Positions 19,680 through 29,308 of a stretch of 64,000 nt of DNA are shown here, piece after piece. How positions within the stretch are numbered: position 1 is the stretch's first letter; every line of letters begins with the position of its first letter. A model generated the notes under the pieces. The model saw only the letters and a list, made by a program, of their open reading frames with translations, was not told the DNA's origin and searched no databases. A program made the position numbers and the translations under genes. Origin of the DNA: Phycisphaerales bacterium (GTDB lineage: Bacteria; Planctomycetota; Phycisphaerae; WQYP01); NCBI GenBank assembly GCA_027451365.1, contig DAIDJN010000059.1, positions 1-64,000 of the forward strand. The letters are read 5' to 3'.

Positions 19680-21320
19680 TTATCGACCCAGTGCGTCCAG
19701 TGCGGCGGCACGCATTGCTTCACTCGGAACCGGCTGACCCGTGAAACCTTCAAATTGCGCAGCCGCCTGACTTAGCAGCATTTCCAATCCTTCCACGCAG
19801 GTCGCTCCGCTGTGTTGAGCCATTTGTAGAAGCCGTGTTCGCCGCGGATTATAAACCGTGTCAAACACAATCTGGTCCGTATAAAGTTTTGCGTCACTCG
19901 GAAACGGCAGATCATTCACATGCGGTGTCATTCCCGCGGCTGTGCAGTTGATCACAATTTTGTGGTGCGAGCTTGAAAAATCATGGATATCGCGAGCCTG
20001 TATTCGTCCCGGGCCGGTGGCAAATTGCTGCGCCAACTCAACTGCCCTGGCCGGGGTGCGATTGTAAATCGCAATTCGGGCACCAAGTTCGCAAAGCGCC
20101 GCAACTATCGCGCGGGCGGCTCCGCCTGCGCCCAGAATGGCCACATCGCTATCGCGCAGCATTTCTGCTTTAATGCCCATGCCGGAAGTCAGTGCGGCCA
20201 CTGCACCGGCGGCATCGGAATTCATTGCCCGAATGCCGCCACCAGGTGGGAAGAAAAGTGTATTCACCGCACCAATATGCCGCGCGACCGGATCAATCGT
20301 TCCGCTCTCTTCTGATGCGTACGCCAGTGCGCTTGATTTGTGCGGAATCGTCACGCTTACACCGCCAAGGTTCATGCCGGGTAATCTTCGCAGGCCATTG
20401 ATGGCACGGATGAAATTGTCATATCCGGGTGCCGTGAGCAGGGGAACGTATACACCGGCATAACCGGTTTGGGCAAATCCGGCATTATGAATCATTGGAC
20501 TGACGGAGTGCGATACCGGCGATCCCACTAGGCCAAATACCCGCCAGTCCGCGCGTTGCTCCTTAAAACGGAATCGTTGCATCAGCGTCAATATAGGCGG
20601 CTGTCCGGGTGCGGAATGGGCCTCCGCGTCCAGTTGCGCAAAAGTAAACGCCGCTCCGAATTTTGCCGCCAGAAGTCTTGAAATTTGCCCCGCTTCGCCC
20701 ATGGCAATGGCCACCAGCGGCAGATCATTAAAATCTGACCGCTGGTTATATAAGGTTAATGCCGCCACCGCATCGTTTATGTCGGCGGCCGCGAAGGCCA
20801 CCTTCAGCACTGTCGCCTCCGGTATGGCAGCCATTGCGGCCACACGCTGATGTAAATCTGCTGGCCGCTGGACAAAATCATGATTGGAAATAATAAGTCC
20901 GGGTGCCCGCCGCTGCGTTGCGGCACTGGCACGCCAGGTTTCCGGCATCATCAGGCAGGGGGCTAAAACGTCGGCGAATCCGGCTGAATTTTGCCACGCT
21001 TTCCACTCCACATCAATCAAATCGGGTTGATATCGGCAGGCCAATCTCAACAATTCCAGTCGTTGTGCTTCTGAACCGGTAAACCCGCCACCTTCCCAAG
21101 CCGGTCGAATGGTCAGAATGGTTTTTAATCGCCGGATTTCCGGGTCCCGCAGTACCGCTTCAATCACAGTTGCTTCGGTGCGGTCGCAGCGCAATTCAAT
21201 GGCGTCCGCTCCGGCGTCACGGGCTTTTACCGCAAAGGTCCGGGCTGTGGAAAGGTCGGTCACAAAAAGGGGTGTTACGATCCACGTTGATGAAAACATG
21301 TTTCCCACGGGCGGCCTCAT
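19680..21320 (-). CDS. aroE: Bifunctional type I 3-dehydroquinate dehydratase / shikimate dehydrogenase
   Basis: N-half IELRCD, TIR...EGG, ISNHDF, MGEAGQISR, APGQ (AroD); C-half HSVSP.IHN, SVTIPHK, AVNT, GAGGAARA, GLEML..QA..QF (AroE); ATGA overlap with nfo. Confidence 0.95.
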   Translation of the reverse strand: MRPPVGNMFSSTWIVTPLFVTDLSTARTFAVKARDAGADAIELRCDRTEATVIEAVLRDPEIRRLKTILTIRPAWEGGGFTGSEAQRLELLRLACRYQPDLIDVEWKAWQNSAGFADVLAPCLMMPETWRASAATQRRAPGLIISNHDFVQRPADLHQRVAAMAAIPEATVLKVAFAAADINDAVAALTLYNQRSDFNDLPLVAIAMGEAGQISRLLAAKFGAAFTFAQLDAEAHSAPGQPPILTLMQRFRFKEQRADWRVFGLVGSPVSHSVSPMIHNAGFAQTGYAGVYVPLLTAPGYDNFIRAINGLRRLPGMNLGGVSVTIPHKSSALAYASEESGTIDPVARHIGAVNTLFFPPGGGIRAMNSDAAGAVAALTSGMGIKAEMLRDSDVAILGAGGAARAIVAALCELGARIAIYNRTPARAVELAQQFATGPGRIQARDIHDFSSSHHKIVINCTAAGMTPHVNDLPFPSDAKLYTDQIVFDTVYNPRRTRLLQMAQHSGATCVEGLEMLLSQAAAQFEGFTGQPVPSEAMRAAALDALGR

Positions 21321-22396
21321 GGTGAGGCTCGTTTGCGTTTTGAAGTTGAGGCGGCAACGGGTCTTTTCCGGATGCTGGTGGATGCGGTGCTCTTTTTTCC
21401 AGGCGGTGAAATCGCGGTCGCCAGGACCTTGCTTCGCTTGCGTGAGTTCAGGCCAACCGCTGAAATCGCTTTTAAACGCCCTGCGGGTTTCGCTGATTTT
21501 TTCGCCGGTCGGGAATCAGCCTCTAGCGGTACAAGTACCGGAGTTTCGCCATTCGTTAATGCTATTAATACATCAAGATTATTACGGTCCCATGGCAGGC
21601 CATTGGGGGCCATTTCTTTGGGTGTTTCTAGAATTTTTGGTATCTGCATAAATTGCGGGTTCCGGCAAATGGCCGCGAAGGCCGACAGGCCCACGTGGCC
21701 GTGGCCAATGTGTGTATGGCGGTCCACGCGGCTGCCCAGCGGCTTTTTGCTGTCGTTGAGATGCATAACCCGCAGATATTTCAGGCCGATGACGCGGTCA
21801 AATTCCGCAAGCATCTTTTCTGTGCCCGCTTCGGTGGTAATATCGTAACCCGCCGCCAGTACATGGCAGGTATCCAAGCAGACCGCCAGCCGTGAATTTT
21901 CTCCGACGCCGGCCATGACATCCGCCAGATGCTCAAATTTATAGCCCAGGCAGGTTCCCTGTCCGGCCGTGGTCTCCAGGCATATAACAGTGTTGCCGGA
22001 CGCACGAAATAGAATCTGTCGCAATGCGGTGATGATATTGGAAATGCCGACGGTTTCGCCGTTGCCGCCGTGCGCTCCCATGTGCGTGACCAGATATTTT
22101 ATAGCCAGTTGTTCGCAGCGTTCCAGTTCGTGTGTGAATGCGGCAATGCTTTTCTGTCGCAATTCCGCATCCGTCGTGGCCAGATTGATCAGATAAGAAT
22201 CATGCGCGACCACTTGGTCAAAGCCCAGGTCAGCCAATTGGCTACGAAAGGCCGCAGTGGTTTCCGGGGCCAGGGGCGGGGCGGCCCATTGCTGTTGATT
22301 TCGGGTAAAGACCTGCACTGTTTGCAAATGAAGCTCACGGGCTTCCGCCAGTGCGTTGGTCATGCCGCCAGCGATTGATAAATGAGATCCGAACAT
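21317..22396 (-). CDS. nfo: Endonuclease IV with a basic C-terminal extension
   Basis: GSHLSIAGG, HDSYLINL, LETTAGQG, CLDTCH, HLNDSK, DRH.HIG.G and ILETP motifs. Confidence 0.96.
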   Translation of the reverse strand: MFGSHLSIAGGMTNALAEARELHLQTVQVFTRNQQQWAAPPLAPETTAAFRSQLADLGFDQVVAHDSYLINLATTDAELRQKSIAAFTHELERCEQLAIKYLVTHMGAHGGNGETVGISNIITALRQILFRASGNTVICLETTAGQGTCLGYKFEHLADVMAGVGENSRLAVCLDTCHVLAAGYDITTEAGTEKMLAEFDRVIGLKYLRVMHLNDSKKPLGSRVDRHTHIGHGHVGLSAFAAICRNPQFMQIPKILETPKEMAPNGLPWDRNNLDVLIALTNGETPVLVPLEADSRPAKKSAKPAGRLKAISAVGLNSRKRSKVLATAISPPGKKSTASTSIRKRPVAASTSKRKRASP

Positions 22397-22882
22397 GCCC
22401 AAAGCGTAACGTGGGGAGGGTAAATTTGGCAACCCGTTCACCCAAATCATAACAGCAGGCCTCGGCCCGCATGCCGTAGGTTTTGCAAGCGGCGATTAAC
22501 AAATAATTGACGTCCATCCGGTCCGATCAGCCACCGATCGCGCGGACTATTCATTCAATATGAACAATCCGCGGTACCTCATAAGACCAATCGCGTCATC
22601 GGGCGGAATCGCCGGGACGCGTAAAGTGTCCGCACCTTTATCAGGAGAGGTCATAGACCGGCGTGTCGAGCTTATTTGGCACGGAATTTGCTTGATACCT
22701 ATTTCGTCAGGCGGGTCTGCCCTGATTATCGGCATCTGTGCCTTTGGCACGATTGACTGGGCGACTCGCCAGAGTTGATTGCGTGATCAACCCGACGGGT
22801 TCGGACATGCTATTGCGAAATTCATGCCAAGTCCGCACCGGCCGACAGCTATCTTCCATGGCCCTTTTTTGGGTGAGGTGCA

Positions 22883-23239
22883 ATGATGAAATCTCCTATT
22901 CCTCTGCGTGCCGATTGGACGAAATCCTTTCCGCTCCCGAAAAAAGTTCGCTTTCCCAAGCATCCCGCACTTTGGAATGAGGCGGGGCCGCGTAAGTTAC
23001 TCACGTTCATGGGCCGGATTTTAATTGCGTTGCCGGCACTTCTTGGGTTGATGATCATCATGCAGTCATTCATGGCGTCGGATAGTCCGCTGCACCATGC
23101 GGCTAAACCGGCCAGTTTTATTGGGCCGGCAAATGTCTCTTCCGGCACAATGGATAGCGCCATGCCGTTAAAAGCCACCGCTGCCGGCGGCACGGCTGCG
23201 AGCGCAATTTCGGCGAATGTCGGTCAGACTGGTTCGTAA
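22883..23239 (+). CDS. Hypothetical single-TM protein
   Basis: GAGGTG RBS before ATG, one hydrophobic helix, an Ala/Ser-rich tail and a downstream terminator. Confidence 0.55.
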   Translation: MMKSPIPLRADWTKSFPLPKKVRFPKHPALWNEAGPRKLLTFMGRILIALPALLGLMIIMQSFMASDSPLHHAAKPASFIGPANVSSGTMDSAMPLKATAAGGTAASAISANVGQTGS

Positions 23240-23298
23240 TTCCCGCCCTGGGTTACCAAGTGTTTTGATTACGCTGTTAGTCAACTGATTTCCAGAAG

Positions 23299-23338
23299 AA
23301 ATACCCTGCCCAAACGAAACGGGACAGGGTATTTTTTT
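23299..23338 (+). terminator. Intrinsic terminator
   Basis: ATACCCTG-CCC...GGG-A-CAGGGTAT followed by a T-run. Confidence 0.65.
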
Positions 23339-23588
23339 GTCTCAAAATACGATCCATTTCATGGTTGGCGGCGGATCTGCCCGGTCAGCCAGCCTTGGCA
23401 TAAATTCGCGCTCCTGGCGTCTGATAACCCCACCTTGCGTCCTATATCAGGTAAACACGAGCTTCTGTTATTCGGTCTTAATTAACTTGCCGATACGCCT
23501 ATTAGAACCCGGAAACAGGCCGCGCATTGCGCGGCAACCCGGCAAATTTAGTCGCCGGATCAAAGGGGGCTATCGCAAGGACCTTCAC

Positions 23589-24491
23589 ATGGAAACACCG
23601 GTTTTATGCAATACGTCTATGATTCTCACCGTCCCGCTTTCTGACGCGGGAAGGCCAGGTACGTCATCCGGCCGCAAAGCTTTTACCTTGGTGGAAATGA
23701 TCGTTGTGATGACAATCATTGCTTTGCTGATATCTTTGCTGCTGCCCGCGTTGGCGGCGGCTCGCGCCACAGCGCGTACGGCATTGTGTGGTTCGAACCT
23801 TCGCAGTCTTGGTCAGGTTACGCTGGAATATGCAAGCAATTATCAGGGAATGTTGCCATACGGTACGTACTCAAACCCCAAGTTTGCGACCAGTGTGTAT
23901 AACTCCTATTTTGGTGAATGGGCTAATTTGGAATTCTATTTTCTAGTTGGCCCGCCCGTCAGTATTGGCAATAACGGAATTATTGGAAAAAATATTCCCG
24001 CCAATATGGCGGGAAAATGGAGCGATTATTTCTGGTGCCCGGACCGGCAGGTTCCCATGGTGGGAGGCTGGGGGGTTAACTATGCAGCCAATCCGAACGT
24101 ATTTCTTACACCGTATACCAATTCGGTTAATTCCCTGGCGGCTAATCAGAGCATGCGTTTAAGCTCCATACCCAATCCCGCAAGCCTCATTTCCATCGGT
24201 GATACCAACCAGAGTTGGCCCGGAACTGGCAATTGTGCGGCGTTTCTGTTTTCCTGGTTGCCGGGGCAATTGACTTGGCAATATGGTGCTTATACCAACC
24301 AAACCGTTATTCCGCCTAATCCTGGTAATAATGATGCAACCACATCCATCGTGAACCATCAGGGATTGCGCTATCGTCATGATATGAATGAAGCGGGTCA
24401 GGGCGTTGCAAATGTCGCTTTCGTGGACGGCCATATTCAAACCATGGCCGAAAATGGCCTGCACGTTTACAACGTTCTGCCAATCAATTAG
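23589..24491 (+). CDS. Prepilin-type N-terminal cleavage/methylation protein with H-X9-DG-like C-terminal motif (DUF1559-like)
   Basis: KAFTLVEMIVVMTIIALLISLLLPAL..AR...C.SNLR, then WCP and RH...ANVAFVDGH; AAGGA RBS. Confidence 0.92.
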   Translation: METPVLCNTSMILTVPLSDAGRPGTSSGRKAFTLVEMIVVMTIIALLISLLLPALAAARATARTALCGSNLRSLGQVTLEYASNYQGMLPYGTYSNPKFATSVYNSYFGEWANLEFYFLVGPPVSIGNNGIIGKNIPANMAGKWSDYFWCPDRQVPMVGGWGVNYAANPNVFLTPYTNSVNSLAANQSMRLSSIPNPASLISIGDTNQSWPGTGNCAAFLFSWLPGQLTWQYGAYTNQTVIPPNPGNNDATTSIVNHQGLRYRHDMNEAGQGVANVAFVDGHIQTMAENGLHVYNVLPIN

Positions 24492-24493
24492 GC

Positions 24494-24511
24494 ATGTGAA
24501 ATATTGCACAA
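24494..24511. promoter_or_regulatory. Rex/CRP-like palindrome (second copy)
   Basis: ATGTGAA-ATAT-TGCACAA, 16 of 18 nt identical to the site at 43589. Confidence 0.35.
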
Positions 24512-24815
24512 TCTATTTTGCCATCCGCCTTAATTATTTTAAAAAAAATAAATTTGGCGGCGGAGGTGCTCATCAGCTTTCGCCCTTTGTCCAGATTCTC
24601 TGTTTTTCATTGTTCTGGCAACATGGGGTTTGGCATAGTCTTTTACGTGGCAATTCCATCTGTCTTGTTGGCGGCTTTCCGGTCATCTCTTTGCATTTGT
24701 CGATCGAGAAATTGCCCGGGCGGGCGCTCATATTCTTAAATTGGGGTGAGTGCGGCGGGGCCCGCAAGTCAATTCTGGTTGCGATTTCGCGATTCAGAAT
24801 TGCGCTAAAAAACCA

Positions 24816-24844
24816 TTGACTCCCCATCCAATTTCCCGTAGGCT
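24816..24844 (+). promoter_or_regulatory. sigma70-type promoter of rpsB
   Basis: TTGACT-N17-TAGGCT, about 150 nt upstream of the rpsB start. Confidence 0.6.
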
Positions 24845-24996
24845 GGTGGCTTACGCCGCGTTCGTTGGCTTGCCCCGGTGTGTTGCCGGAGTTGCCAATG
24901 GTTTGTTTTGGCGGCCGGTGTGCCGTTCATAAGCGATGGTAGGAAATCTCCGCGGCGTGGTTTCTGAAGTCGCTGATACAATTCGGAGCCTTTTTC

Positions 24997-25863
24997 ATGG
25001 CCAATCCCCAATTGGTGCGCGACCTTGTGGACGCGGGTATTCATTTCGGCCACCGGACCAGCCGGTGGAATCCAAAAATGAAGCCGTACATTTACGGCAA
25101 GCGGAATTTGATTCATATTATTGACGTGCGCGAAACCCTGAAGGGTGTTCTGGCGGCACAGCGTTTCCTCGGTCGGCTGGTTGCCAGCGGCCGCGATGTT
25201 CTGTTTGTGGGCACCAAGCGGCAGGCCCGGGCGGTCATTGACGATATCGGCAAGCAGGCTGGAATGCCGGTTGTAACCGAGCGGTGGCTCGGCGGCACGC
25301 TCACCAATTTCCGCACGATCCGTTCCCGCCTTCAGCGGCTGGAGGAACTCGAACGCGTACTCAACTCACCGGATGTAAACAAAAGCTACTCCAAGAAAAT
25401 GGAATCGAGCCTGAAGCGGGAATACCGCAAGATCCTTCGTAATCTTGCCGGCATCCGCAATATGGAACGGCTGCCTGGTGCACTGTTTGTGGTGGACGTG
25501 CGGCGCGAAGTTATCGCAATCGCCGAAGCCCGCAAGCTCGGAATTCCTGTAGTTGCCATTATTGATACCGACAGCGATCCAGACTTGGTGGATATCGCCA
25601 TTCCGGCCAACGACGATGCACTTCGCGGCATTGACCTGATTATGAAAGAAGTTTTGGCCTCTATTCTGGAAGGAAAAGCCGGCCGCATTGCCAAGGAAGA
25701 GCAGGACAAGGCCCAGCAGCGCTCCGCACGCCAGGAAAAATCTGGCCGCCGTCGCACCACATCCCAGCAAGCCGCCGATGAGGCCGAGGCCGAAAAGCCG
25801 CAGGCTGTTGTGACTGAAGCAACCCCGGCACCCGCCGCGGCAGCTCCGGTCGCCAACGCCTGA
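24997..25863 (+). CDS. rpsB: 30S ribosomal protein S2
   Basis: AGIHFGH...WNPKM, LFVGTK, RWLGGTLTN and IPANDD motifs. Confidence 0.99.
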   Translation: MANPQLVRDLVDAGIHFGHRTSRWNPKMKPYIYGKRNLIHIIDVRETLKGVLAAQRFLGRLVASGRDVLFVGTKRQARAVIDDIGKQAGMPVVTERWLGGTLTNFRTIRSRLQRLEELERVLNSPDVNKSYSKKMESSLKREYRKILRNLAGIRNMERLPGALFVVDVRREVIAIAEARKLGIPVVAIIDTDSDPDLVDIAIPANDDALRGIDLIMKEVLASILEGKAGRIAKEEQDKAQQRSARQEKSGRRRTTSQQAADEAEAEKPQAVVTEATPAPAAAAPVANA

Positions 25864-25891
25864 TCCTTTCAATTTTAAATGGTTGAAAACA

Positions 25892-25927
25892 GACGCCGTC
25901 CCCGTTTTCGGGACGGCGTTTTTTTTT
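25892..25927 (+). terminator. Intrinsic terminator after rpsB
   Basis: GACGCCGTCCCCG-TTTT-CGGGACGGCGTT followed by a T-run. Confidence 0.9.
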
Positions 25928-26094
25928 GCTCGTGCCAGTGCCCAGGTGGTTTGCAACGGAACGTTCAAAGTTGTGGAACAGGCAAAAAAGAAAACCCTCC
26001 GCAGAATCATAGTTTCTACAGAGGGTGAAGAGTTTAACGCTCTTTAATGGTTCTGCGAGCTTGGTCTCGGCAGGGGCATACTCTATGGGAGGTT

Positions 26095-26433
26095 TCAGGC
26101 TTGGCACTTGCGACGCTTAATCGCCATAACGCCCAGCAAGCCAATTGCAAGGAACGCCAGCGAAGCGGGTTCGGGAGTCGTTGTGGCCGTCAATGTCGGG
26201 TTAAACAGGCTGGATTGTTCAAAGATGCCCGCTGTTGTGGTGGGGGTGGCCTGCAGGTCTTCGCCCAGAATAACCGTCAGATCACCGGAAACGGTGGCAC
26301 CGGTGGTGTAGTTGACTGTCAGCGGGCGGGCAAAACCGGCCACCAACCTGCCCGTCGGGTCGGAGGCGGTTTTTGGGGATCGGGAATCAAAACCAGCCAG
26401 TAACCCGCCCACCGGCGCTGGCGCATCTGAAAA
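26095..26433 (-). pseudogene. Remnant of a PEP-CTERM sorting-signal protein (C-terminal part only)
   Basis: Ends TTTPEPASLAFLAIGLLGVMAIKRRKCQA. The frame is closed upstream by TGA at 26436-26434, with no signal peptide or good RBS. Confidence 0.65.
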
Positions 26434-26509
26434 TCAGACAATTTGTGTCTCGGCGGATATTGGGCTTTACCGTCTGATTTCCACATATCCAGTCCGAACC
26501 GGGCAATGT

Positions 26510-28723
26510 TCACTCGGTTTTGCCGCCCACGCGAACAATTTTGCAGTCTGGCAGGGCGGTTATAAAATGTTTTCCGTAATATTTTGTCACAATGCGGGAA
26601 TCCAGTACCACCACAATTCCGGCGTCCTCCCGCGTGCGGATCAGCCGACCGAAGCCCTGTTTGAATTTAATCAGCGCTTCGGGCAGTGAATATTCGCGGA
26701 ATGAATTTCCGCCGCTGGCCTCAATCGCCTCCATGCGGGCCTGCACCAGTGGTTTATCGGGTACCGCAAATGGCAAGCGCGTGATAATGACATTGGAAAG
26801 CGCTTCTCCCTGTACGTCCACTCCCTGCCAGAATGAATCCACACCCAGCAGTACGCTGTGATCGGTGTCCCGGAACTTCTTTAACAGTTGGCTGCGTCCC
26901 TCATCGCCGCCCTGTATCAGCAATGGATAGCCCAGCCGATCGAGTTCCGGTCGGAGAATATTCGCCGCCTCGGTCAGATTCGAATAACTGGTAAAAAGTA
27001 CAAAGGCGCGCCCCTGTGTCTGCTTAATGTAATGAATCGCACGGGCCATCGCCGCCGGAATGAAATCCGGCTCGTTTGGAGAGGGCAAATTGGCCTCCAG
27101 ATACAGCGTGACCTGACGCGTATAGTCAAATGGCGAACCGAGTACCAGATCCCGCCCGGTGCTCACGCCCAATCGCTGGCGTAGATAGGCAAATGGACCT
27201 TCGCTGGCCGCCGTTTCGGAATACTGGATTTCTGAAGATTGACTGGTATGAGATTGCCCTGCCCCATTTGCCGGCGCGCGGGTCGCCGTTCCACCCGCTG
27301 GTTCGATTTCCAAACCCGACCGAGAGGCCGACTTTTTAGCGCGACTGGTCTTGCCGACCGTTCCGCCCCGGTTGGTTGCCAGAGTGGCGCTGGTAAGAAT
27401 GACCGATTTAATTTCCTTGAACAGGTTTTCCCGCAAATGTGCGGCGACATTAATCGGCGAGCTTTTCAAGGTTAATTTCCGCCGGGTCAGGCCGCCTTCT
27501 TCAATCCAGTAAACTGAATCTTCCAGTTGCTGATTTAATAAGGCCTCAAGCGATACGCTTTGTGCATGGCATTGATCGGCCAGACTGGAAAGCTCGAAGC
27601 GCTCTTTTTCAATTTCAAAGGCCATGCCGCCCTCGCTGTTTCCTTCCGCCGGGTCGTCTTCCACATCCGGAAGCGCTTTGTCAGCTGAAGCGGCAAGCTG
27701 GCGAACCATTTGGCGCAGTGCCTTTTCTACGGAATCCAGTGCGGGAGAAAGACTGTTTTCCACCACCTCCTTTTCGCGAAGCCGGCCGTTGGGTGGCGCG
27801 TGCTGGCGCTTCCAGTTTTGCAGGGTGTCAAAAAATTTCTGCGCCTCAAGCTCCGCCGTGCGGGCCGCTTCCAGAGACTCTTGCGAATCGCAAAATTTTA
27901 CGCCGGTCAGAAATCCCCGGCCCGTTCGCGGCTGATACAATCCGCCCAGCAGCCTCATGACACTGAATTCCCCGCAGGACAGTCCCATATGCTCCGCTGC
28001 CACCGCTTCCAGGGTGTGGGCTTCATCCAGAACCGCCAGGTCATACTTTGGCAGCATGGACGCGCCGATCCGCCGAAGCGCCAGATCGGCAAACAATATT
28101 GCATGGTTGCAGATCAGCAATTGACCGTTGGCGATCCTTTTGCGGCTGGCCTGATAAAAGCAGCCATCATAAAATTTGCAGCGTCGGCCAAGGCAGTTCC
28201 CATGCTCGGCACACACCTTATCCCAGACTGACCACTGCGGCTGGCGGGGCAGGTCGGTCAACGAACCGTCGGTGGTTTTTTTCGACCAGTGGCGGATCAT
28301 TTCCAGGTCGTCATGCTGGGCATTGGCCGCGAACAGATGGGCGGCTTTCTGCTGGGCCATTTCCAGCCGCCGCTGGCAGATATAGTTGCCCCGACCCTTG
28401 CACAAAACCGCGGAAAATTCCTCGCCGCTAACAGATTGCAGAAACGGAACATCCTTGTTTACAAGTTGTTCCTGAAGACTGATTGTGTGAGTGGAAATAA
28501 CCACCCGCTGACGGTGATTCACAACCTGACTTATTGCCGGAATCAAATATGCAAACGATTTTCCAACGCCCGTTCCCGCCTCTACGACAAGATGTTCACC
28601 GGCATTCATGGCGCGGTTGACCGCAGCCGCCATTTCCACCTGCTGCGGTCGCAGTTGATAATTGCCCAGCCGCCGCGCCACCGGTCCGTCAGAAGATAAA
28701 AACCGCTCTACATCCATTGTCAT
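26510..28723 (-). CDS. DinG/YoaA-family Fe-S ATP-dependent DNA helicase
   Basis: RPQQ, EAGTGVGKS, KGRGNYIC, four-Cys cluster region, DEAH, TSATL, FWQGVDV and QGFGRLIR motifs. Confidence 0.95.
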   Translation of the reverse strand: MTMDVERFLSSDGPVARRLGNYQLRPQQVEMAAAVNRAMNAGEHLVVEAGTGVGKSFAYLIPAISQVVNHRQRVVISTHTISLQEQLVNKDVPFLQSVSGEEFSAVLCKGRGNYICQRRLEMAQQKAAHLFAANAQHDDLEMIRHWSKKTTDGSLTDLPRQPQWSVWDKVCAEHGNCLGRRCKFYDGCFYQASRKRIANGQLLICNHAILFADLALRRIGASMLPKYDLAVLDEAHTLEAVAAEHMGLSCGEFSVMRLLGGLYQPRTGRGFLTGVKFCDSQESLEAARTAELEAQKFFDTLQNWKRQHAPPNGRLREKEVVENSLSPALDSVEKALRQMVRQLAASADKALPDVEDDPAEGNSEGGMAFEIEKERFELSSLADQCHAQSVSLEALLNQQLEDSVYWIEEGGLTRRKLTLKSSPINVAAHLRENLFKEIKSVILTSATLATNRGGTVGKTSRAKKSASRSGLEIEPAGGTATRAPANGAGQSHTSQSSEIQYSETAASEGPFAYLRQRLGVSTGRDLVLGSPFDYTRQVTLYLEANLPSPNEPDFIPAAMARAIHYIKQTQGRAFVLFTSYSNLTEAANILRPELDRLGYPLLIQGGDEGRSQLLKKFRDTDHSVLLGVDSFWQGVDVQGEALSNVIITRLPFAVPDKPLVQARMEAIEASGGNSFREYSLPEALIKFKQGFGRLIRTREDAGIVVVLDSRIVTKYYGKHFITALPDCKIVRVGGKTE

Positions 28724-28842
28724 ACAGTGTAAAGCATAACCGGACACAATTGCCGGTGACCAGCAGTGCAAAAAAAATAATAATTATCCGTCACGACACA
28801 AGATATCGTGCCGGGCCAAACGGTAGAATGCCAATGAACGTT

Positions 28843-29280
28843 TTATTTCACGGCCGCTGGGGCGACAGCCGTCTTCGCTGTTGTAGCGGCCGCAGGAGCC
28901 GCGGCTGCCGCCTTTTGCATGGCCGGAGCATAGCCGGGAATCAATTCAGAACGGTAGTCAGTTGTGTCGGTCAGTGAAAAGCTGATAAACAGCGTAATGA
29001 AGATCACCGTCAGCAGCATGGCGGCAATATTAAACGGGTTGTCATACCGAAGGTGCATAAAATACAGCGCCGCCACAATGGCCATGATCGACGCAATAAC
29101 CATTTCCACCAGCACATTAAGTGAACCAATATTCACCGATGCAATGACCATGCTGACAACCGCCATGCCGCACAACAAAACCCATACGGCAAACAGCATC
29201 GGAATCGGCACAATGTGCGATTTGGCCGGCGTTAGCGGCAACGAATGAGGATCCAGGGAACTATGTGCATCGTGGGTCAT
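28843..29280 (-). CDS. caa3-type cytochrome c oxidase subunit IV
   Basis: Three TM helices with LYFMHLRYD; last gene of the cox cluster. Confidence 0.88.
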   Translation of the reverse strand: MTHDAHSSLDPHSLPLTPAKSHIVPIPMLFAVWVLLCGMAVVSMVIASVNIGSLNVLVEMVIASIMAIVAALYFMHLRYDNPFNIAAMLLTVIFITLFISFSLTDTTDYRSELIPGYAPAMQKAAAAAPAAATTAKTAVAPAAVK

Positions 29281-29308
29281 GGGAAACTCCCGTTGTTTGC
29301 GTATTGAA

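Noticed and set aside
22451..22882. Short ORFs 22547-22750 and 22560-22778
   Set aside because: They have no recognisable motifs or RBS and overlap each other on opposite strands.
26434..26436. TGA readthrough (Sec or recoding) extending the PEP-CTERM ORF
   Set aside because: An in-frame TAA lies 11 codons further upstream, no signal peptide appears, and TGA is a normal stop throughout the window.
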